From positions 960,001-1,024,000 of the forward strand of contig CBDIIB010000005.1 in assembly GCA_965279525.1 (NCBI GenBank): DNA of 64,000 bases, written 5' to 3'. This DNA comes from Tagaea sp. GTDB lineage: Bacteria; Pseudomonadota; Alphaproteobacteria; CACIAM-22H2. Made by a program: the position numbers and the translations under genes. Shown here piece by piece: positions 58,784 through 64,000 of the stretch. Each line of letters starts with the position of its first letter. Position 1 is the stretch's first letter. The notes beneath the pieces were generated by a model. It saw only the letters and a list, made by a program, of their open reading frames with translations. It was not told where the DNA came from and searched no databases.

Positions 58784-59785
58784 ATGAAACGTCTGAAATC
58801 GGCCCTTTTCGGCCTCGCGGCGGGTGTGGCGATCGTGCTGGGCGGCGGCGGGATCGCCAAGGCGCAGCAGGTCATCACGCTGCACGGCGCCACGCAGTTC
58901 AACGACGACCACGCTTTCAACAAGGCGATGCTCAAGTTCGAAGAGCTCGTGAAGCGGTATTACGGCAAGCCGATCAACTTCGTGCTCCACCGCAACAGCG
59001 AACTCGGTCTCGAGAAGCAGTATTTCGAGTACATGGCGCAGGGCCGTGCCGTCGATTACGCGATCGTCTCGCCGGCGCACATGTCGACCTTCTCGAAGGC
59101 GGCACCTTTCATCGACGCGCCGTTCATCTTCCGCGACATCGCGCACTGGAACAAGGTGCTCGACGCCGACCTGCTGAAGCCGATCGCCGACGAGGTCGCG
59201 CAGAAGGCCGAAGTCATGCTGATCGGCTATGCCGGCGGCGGCACGCGCAACATCTTCGTCAACAAGCCCGTACGCAACATGGCGGAGATGAAGGGCCTGA
59301 AGGTGCGCGTCCAGGGTGCACCGATCTGGAGCCGCACGTTCCAGGCGGCCGGCATGGCGCCGACCGTCATCGCCTACAACGAGGTCTACAACGCCATCCA
59401 GAACGGCGTCATCGCCGCGGGTGAAAACGAAGCGGCCGGCGTCGAGCAGATGAAGTTCTTCGAAGTCGCCCCGCATCTGGCGATCACCGAGCACGCGATC
59501 ACGATCCGGCCGCTCTGCTTCTCGGCCAAGACGTTCAAGTCGCTGCCGGCCGACCTGCAGGCCGCGATCGTCAAGGCGGGCAAGGAAGCCGGCGCGCATG
59601 GCCGGCAGATCGAGTCGTCGGAAGACGCCGCCAAGCTCGACGCGCTGGAGAAAGCCGGCAAGCTGAAGCGCGTGCCCTTCGCCGACCGCGCCGAGATGAA
59701 GAAGCTCGTCGATCCCGTGATCGCCGCCTACGCCAAGGAAGTGGACGCGGACAAGATCTTCGCGCAGATCAACGCGCTTCGCTGA
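58784..59785 (+). CDS. dctP: TRAP substrate-binding protein (DctP)
   Basis: Signal peptide; GLKVRVQ, EVYNAIQNGVI..GEN, KFFEVAP. Confidence 0.9.
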   Translation: MKRLKSALFGLAAGVAIVLGGGGIAKAQQVITLHGATQFNDDHAFNKAMLKFEELVKRYYGKPINFVLHRNSELGLEKQYFEYMAQGRAVDYAIVSPAHMSTFSKAAPFIDAPFIFRDIAHWNKVLDADLLKPIADEVAQKAEVMLIGYAGGGTRNIFVNKPVRNMAEMKGLKVRVQGAPIWSRTFQAAGMAPTVIAYNEVYNAIQNGVIAAGENEAAGVEQMKFFEVAPHLAITEHAITIRPLCFSAKTFKSLPADLQAAIVKAGKEAGAHGRQIESSEDAAKLDALEKAGKLKRVPFADRAEMKKLVDPVIAAYAKEVDADKIFAQINALR

Positions 59786-59800
59786 TCTGGACATGACGAC

Positions 59801-59835
59801 CGCCGCGGCCGGGAAACCGGCCGCGGCGCTGTTTT
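59801..59835 (+). terminator. intercistronic hairpin / partial terminator after dctP
   Basis: CGCCGCGGCCGG-GAAA-CCGGCCGCGGCG followed by CTGTTTT. Confidence 0.7.
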
Positions 59836-59851
59836 ACGTGGGGGCTTTTCG

Positions 59852-60367
59852 ATGCTTGGACAACAAGCCGGCGCGCCGGGGCTTTGGCGCCGGATCACGG
59901 ACGCCTACAGCCGGTTCCTTTCGTTCCTGCTCGTCGTTTCCGTCGCGATCCTGATCATTCCCGTCACGCTGCAGATCTTCTCGCGCTTCACCGCGCTGAT
60001 CCCGTCCTATATCTGGACCGAGGAGATGGCGCGCTTCCTGTTCGTCTGGACGATCATGGTCGGCGCGATGATCGGCGTGCGCGAGGCGACGCATTTCGAG
60101 GTCGATCTGTGGCCGCAGATGTCGCGGCGCGCCGAAGCGGCGGTGAAGCTGCTGTCCAAGCTCTGCGTGCTGGTGTTCGCCTTCGTCTTCCTTTGGTCGG
60201 GCATCGAGTTCACGCGCTTCGCGTGGTTCCGCTTCTCGGAGCTCGCAGAGCTGCCGCTGTGGCTCATCCACATCGCCTGGCCGATCACCGGCTTCACTTG
60301 GATCGCCTTCCTCGGCGAGCAGGTCGTCGACGACCTGCGCACGATCGCCGGAGGCAACGCGCCATGA
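59852..60367 (+). CDS. dctQ: TRAP small permease (DctQ)
   Basis: WTEEMARFLFVW, HFEVD; 4 TM. Confidence 0.9.
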   Translation: MLGQQAGAPGLWRRITDAYSRFLSFLLVVSVAILIIPVTLQIFSRFTALIPSYIWTEEMARFLFVWTIMVGAMIGVREATHFEVDLWPQMSRRAEAAVKLLSKLCVLVFAFVFLWSGIEFTRFAWFRFSELAELPLWLIHIAWPITGFTWIAFLGEQVVDDLRTIAGGNAP

Positions 60368-61683
60368 TGGGCTCCGTCCTCACGCCGTCCGACGCGTCCT
60401 GGATCCTGTTCGGGCTGTTCTTCCTCGGCTTGTTCTTGCGCGTGCCCGTGGCTTTCGCGCTCGGTCTCGCGTGCCTGCCGATCCTGCTGATCGAGCCGCG
60501 CCTGTCGGCCATGACGCTCGTCCAGGAGACGTTCAACGCCTACAACTCGTTCATCCTGCTGGCCGTGCCGTTCTTCCTGCTCACGGCCAACCTGATGAAC
60601 GTGGGCGGCATCACCGACAGGCTCGTGCGCCTGTCGCGTGCCCTGGTCGGGCATTTTCCGGGCGGACTCGCGCAGATCAACGTCGTGCTGTCGATCTTCT
60701 TTGCCGGAATTTCCGGTTCGTCGACAGCGGATGCGGCCAGCCAGTCGAAGATCTTCATCGAGGCCCAGCGCAAGGAGGGCTACGACGACAGCTTCTCGGT
60801 CGCCATCACCGCCGTATCCGCCGTGCTCGCGGTCATCATCCCGCCCTCGATCCTGATGATCGTGTGGGGCGGCGTGCTGACGGTTTCGATCGGTGCCCTG
60901 TTTCTGGCCGGCATCATCCCCGGACTGCTGATCGGTCTCGCCCAGATGGGCACCGTCCACGCTTACGCCAAGATCCGCGGCTATCCCACCTATCCGCGCT
61001 CGACCTGGGGCGAGATGTTTGCCGCGCTGATGGTCTCGCTGCCGGCGCTGACCACGCCGTTCATCATCATCGGCGGCAAGATCTTCGGCTGGTTCACGGC
61101 GACCGAGTCCGCCTGCATCGCCGTTCTATATGCGGGCGCCCTGTCGCTGTTCGTCTATCGCGAGATGGACGCCAAGGGCCTTTACAGCGCGCTGCTCGAC
61201 ACCGGCAAGCTCGCCGGCATCGCGCTGTTCTGCGTGGGCACGGCCAGCGCGTTCGGCTGGCTGCTTGCCTACTACCAGATCCCCAAGGCGATCCTTGCCG
61301 GCGTTTCCACATGGGGCATGGGACCGATCGCCACCGGGTTCTTCATTTCCGGCGTCTTCCTCGTGGTCGGCTGCTTCCTCGACGCGATCCCCGCGATCAT
61401 CATCGTGGGCAGCATCCTTCAGCCGCTGGCCCAGGCCGTGCAGATCGATCCCGTCCATTTCGCGATGATCGGCATCGTCTCGCTCGCCTTCGGCCTCGTG
61501 ACGCCGCCCTACGGCCTGTGCCTGATGATCGCGTGCTCGATCGCCGGGATACGCATGGTCGACGCGATCAAGGACACGATGATCATGCTCATACCGATGC
61601 TGGCCGTGCTGGCGCTGCTGATCCTGTGGCCAGGCCTGGTCCTGTTCCTTCCGTCCCTGATCTCGCCGGAGTTCCTGCGATGA
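60364..61683 (+). CDS. dctM: TRAP large permease (DctM)
   Basis: LLAVPFF, GISGSSTADAA, IIPPSI, GLVTPPYG. Confidence 0.92.
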   Translation: MMGSVLTPSDASWILFGLFFLGLFLRVPVAFALGLACLPILLIEPRLSAMTLVQETFNAYNSFILLAVPFFLLTANLMNVGGITDRLVRLSRALVGHFPGGLAQINVVLSIFFAGISGSSTADAASQSKIFIEAQRKEGYDDSFSVAITAVSAVLAVIIPPSILMIVWGGVLTVSIGALFLAGIIPGLLIGLAQMGTVHAYAKIRGYPTYPRSTWGEMFAALMVSLPALTTPFIIIGGKIFGWFTATESACIAVLYAGALSLFVYREMDAKGLYSALLDTGKLAGIALFCVGTASAFGWLLAYYQIPKAILAGVSTWGMGPIATGFFISGVFLVVGCFLDAIPAIIIVGSILQPLAQAVQIDPVHFAMIGIVSLAFGLVTPPYGLCLMIACSIAGIRMVDAIKDTMIMLIPMLAVLALLILWPGLVLFLPSLISPEFLR

Positions 61684-62447
61684 CGCCCGCCGAACGCTTC
61701 TCCCTTGCCGGCCGGCACGCGCTTGTCATCGGCGGCACCAGCGGCATCGGCAAGGCGATCGCGACGGGCTTCCTGCAGTCCGGTGCGACCGTCGTCGTCG
61801 CCGGCAAGAACGAGACGAAGCTTGCCGCCGCGGTCGAAGACCTGAAGCGGCATGGACCCGCCTCGGGCATCGCCGCCGACGTGCGTGCGGACGGCGCCAT
61901 CCGCGGCCTGATCGGCGCCGTGCTCGCCCGGCTCGGGCATCTCGACATCCTCGTCAACTGCCAGGGCATGACGACGCTGAAACCCGCGATCGAGTTCACG
62001 TCGGCCGACTGGGACGAGGTCGTGGGCACGAACCTACGCTCGGTTTTCGTCGCGTGCCAGGAAGCGGGCCACCACATGCTTGGCCGCGGCAGGGGCGCCA
62101 TCCTCAATATCGGATCGCTGTCGAGCTATCGCGGCTGGCCGCGCAGCGCGCTCTACGGACTTTCCAAGACGGCGGTCGTCAGCCTCACCGAGACGCTGGC
62201 GGCCGAATGGGCGACGAAGGGCGTGCGCGTCAACGCGCTGGCCCCCGGCTTCTTCATGACCGAGCTCAACCGCGACAAGATGGCGCCCGAACGCAAGGCG
62301 CTGGCCCTGTCGCGCACGCCGATGGGCCGTTTCGGCGAAGTCGACGAACTTGTCGGCGCGGCGATCTATCTTTGCTCGGATGCCGCCGGCTACGTGACCG
62401 GCGAGACGATCCGCGTCGATGGCGGGTTTCTCGCCAGCGGACTCTAG
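61680..62447 (+). CDS. short-chain dehydrogenase/reductase
   Basis: GGTSGIG, YGLSK, VNALAPGFF, RTPMGRFG. Confidence 0.9.
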   Translation: MTPAERFSLAGRHALVIGGTSGIGKAIATGFLQSGATVVVAGKNETKLAAAVEDLKRHGPASGIAADVRADGAIRGLIGAVLARLGHLDILVNCQGMTTLKPAIEFTSADWDEVVGTNLRSVFVACQEAGHHMLGRGRGAILNIGSLSSYRGWPRSALYGLSKTAVVSLTETLAAEWATKGVRVNALAPGFFMTELNRDKMAPERKALALSRTPMGRFGEVDELVGAAIYLCSDAAGYVTGETIRVDGGFLASGL

Positions 62448-62458
62448 GGAGAGACATC

Positions 62459-63322
62459 ATGCTGACCGTCAAGCCGCTGTCCCCGGTTCTGGGCGCCGAA
62501 ATCGCCGGCGTGGATCTCGGCAGGCCGCTCGACGACGCCACCGTCGCGGCGATCGAGACGGCGCTCGACGACCATCTCGTCGTCGTGCTGCCCGGCCAGA
62601 CGCTGACGCCGGCGGCGTTCACGGATTTCGCGCGGCGCTGGGGCCGGCCCGAGCCGCACGTGATCGACCAGTTCCACCATCCGGCAAGTGCGGACATCCT
62701 GATCCTGTCCAATGTCCGGCACGCCGGGCGGCCGGTCGGGCTGGAAGATGCCGGCTCGTACTTCCACACCGACTATTCCTATCTCGACGTGCCGGCACGC
62801 TGCACGATGCTCTATGCGATCCAGATGCCGGCGAGCGGCGTCAATCTCGGCACGACCTTCGCCAACCAGCGCCAGGCGTGGGAGGATCTCGATCCCGCCC
62901 TCAAGAAGCGCATCGACGGGCTGGTTGGCCGGCACCATTACGGCAACCGCGACAATCTCGACGAGACGACGCGCACCGTGGCCTCTCCCCTCAATCAGGA
63001 CCAGAAGGCCCGGCTCGACTGGGTCCGCCACCCGGTCGTTCGCAGCCATCCGCGCACCGGCCGCAAGACGCTCTACTCGATTTCCGGCAGCTCGTTCGGG
63101 ATCGAGGGCATGGACGATTCCGAGGCCGTGAAGCTGCTCGACACGCTCAAGGTCCACGCCACGCAGCCCAAGTATCTCTACCAGCACCCCTACCGCGTCG
63201 GCGACGTGGTGATCTGGGACAATTGCTGCCTGCTGCACCAGGCCCCGCTGCCTGATCCGACCACGGCGCGCACGCTGTGGCGCATCACGGTCAAGGACAA
63301 GGGGCCGACGCTGGCGGCCTAG
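62459..63322 (+). CDS. TauD/TfdA-family Fe(II)/2-oxoglutarate dioxygenase
   Basis: LGAEIAGVDL, FHTD (HxD), HPVVRSHPRTGRK, WDNCCLLH, RTLWR. Confidence 0.9.
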   Translation: MLTVKPLSPVLGAEIAGVDLGRPLDDATVAAIETALDDHLVVVLPGQTLTPAAFTDFARRWGRPEPHVIDQFHHPASADILILSNVRHAGRPVGLEDAGSYFHTDYSYLDVPARCTMLYAIQMPASGVNLGTTFANQRQAWEDLDPALKKRIDGLVGRHHYGNRDNLDETTRTVASPLNQDQKARLDWVRHPVVRSHPRTGRKTLYSISGSSFGIEGMDDSEAVKLLDTLKVHATQPKYLYQHPYRVGDVVIWDNCCLLHQAPLPDPTTARTLWRITVKDKGPTLAA

Positions 63323-63386
63323 GTCCGGCCCGCCGATTCCTCCGATTGCACCACGAGAGGCTTTCGGCTAGTTTCCCGGCCGGTGA

Positions 63387-63463
63387 GCGCCCGTAGCTCA
63401 GTTGGATAGAGTGTCAGCCTCCGAAGCTGAAGGTCGCGCGTTCGAGTCGCGCCGGGCGCGCCA
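63387..63463 (+). tRNA. tRNA-Arg (CCG)
   Basis: GCGCCCG acceptor stem, TAGCTCAGTTGGATAGAG D-arm, TCAGC-CTCCGAA-GCTGA anticodon arm, GTTCGAGTC T-loop, CCA end. Confidence 0.96.
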
Positions 63464-63508
63464 ATTTCCCCCTGATTTGCCTGGTTTGGCCCGGTGGGCC
63501 CCCTGCAT

Positions 63509-63547
63509 TTGACGATTTTGCGGTTGTATACATATTATGTATGACAA
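63509..63547 (+). promoter_or_regulatory. sigma70-like promoter overlapped by an AT-rich palindrome
   Basis: TTGACG-N18-TATTAT; palindrome ATACATA-T-TATGTAT at 63528-63542. Confidence 0.55.
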
Positions 63548-63578
63548 TTGCGGTGCCGCGTCCGATTCGGGAGCGAGC

Positions 63579-64000
63579 ATGTCGAACTCCGTCAACACGA
63601 ACGCCCAGCTTTACTCGGCCCTCGGCGCGTTGAATACGGCGCGGACGACGGCTGACCGCGCCGAAAAGCGGATCCAGACGGGACTTGAGGTCGCGGACGC
63701 GTCGGACGACGCCGCCATCTTCGCTGTTTCCCAGCAGCACCGCGCCGACGTCCAGAGCTGGGAACAGGTCATGCGCGCCCAGGGCCCGGCGACGGCCGCG
63801 GTCACCGGCGCGTCGGTCGCCCTCAAGTCGATCTCGGACCTCGTCAACCAGCTGAAGGCGACCGTCATCGCCTATGCCGGTGCGACCGGTCCCGGCCAGC
63901 AGGCGATCTACAACAACGAGGCCAACCAGCTCCTGGCACAGATCAACTCCGTCGTGGCGACGTCGACGGTCAACGACACGAACTTGCTATCACAGGGCGA
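63579..64000 (+). CDS. flagellin-like protein, N-terminal part (truncated by window end)
   Basis: Not in the ORF track. My translation MSNSVNTNAQLYSALGALN...RIQTGLEVADASDDAAIFAVSQ...QINSVVATSTVNDTNLL matches the flagellin N-terminal pattern. Confidence 0.8.
   Translation, partial: MSNSVNTNAQLYSALGALNTARTTADRAEKRIQTGLEVADASDDAAIFAVSQQHRADVQSWEQVMRAQGPATAAVTGASVALKSISDLVNQLKATVIAYAGATGPGQQAIYNNEANQLLAQINSVVATSTVNDTNLLSQG

Noticed and set aside
63387-63463. tRNA-Arg as an integration site
   Set aside because: No integrase or duplicated tRNA 3' end is visible in this window; it cannot be judged without downstream sequence.

Overview
GC-rich alphaproteobacterial chromosome segment (Rhodospirillales-like gene content; taxonomy is inferred). 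Core blocks are tesA/ybbAP, yccA, trxA-addA-addB-murU-amgK-tsaE, divL, ahcY, a PTS cluster (EI, HPr, EIIA, rapZ, hprK), chvG/chvI, polA and tRNA-Arg(CCG). Accessory blocks are two TRAP catabolic operons, a gentisate/aromatic patch, a glycan-modification cluster and a divergent flagellin. The best candidate for a new system is a two-gene cassette (47295-49626) inserted on the opposite strand between chvI and chvG. Its first gene encodes an N-terminal peptidoglycan-binding domain, a VQVAQ junction where codon usage shifts, a hydrophobic Gly-rich segment and a PD-(D/E)xK-like C-terminal domain. The second is a tightly linked low-GC gene that could be an immunity gene. The promoter carries a perfect alphaproteobacterial LexA box (GTTC-N7-GTTC) over the -10 element, plus a hairpin covering the RBS. 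Together these suggest an SOS-induced, colicin-like polymorphic nuclease toxin/immunity pair. A second candidate is a degenerate nucleotide-cyclase-like gene with a CtrA-like box, preceded by two tiny Pro-rich ORFs. All calls come from motif recognition by eye; no database searches were run.
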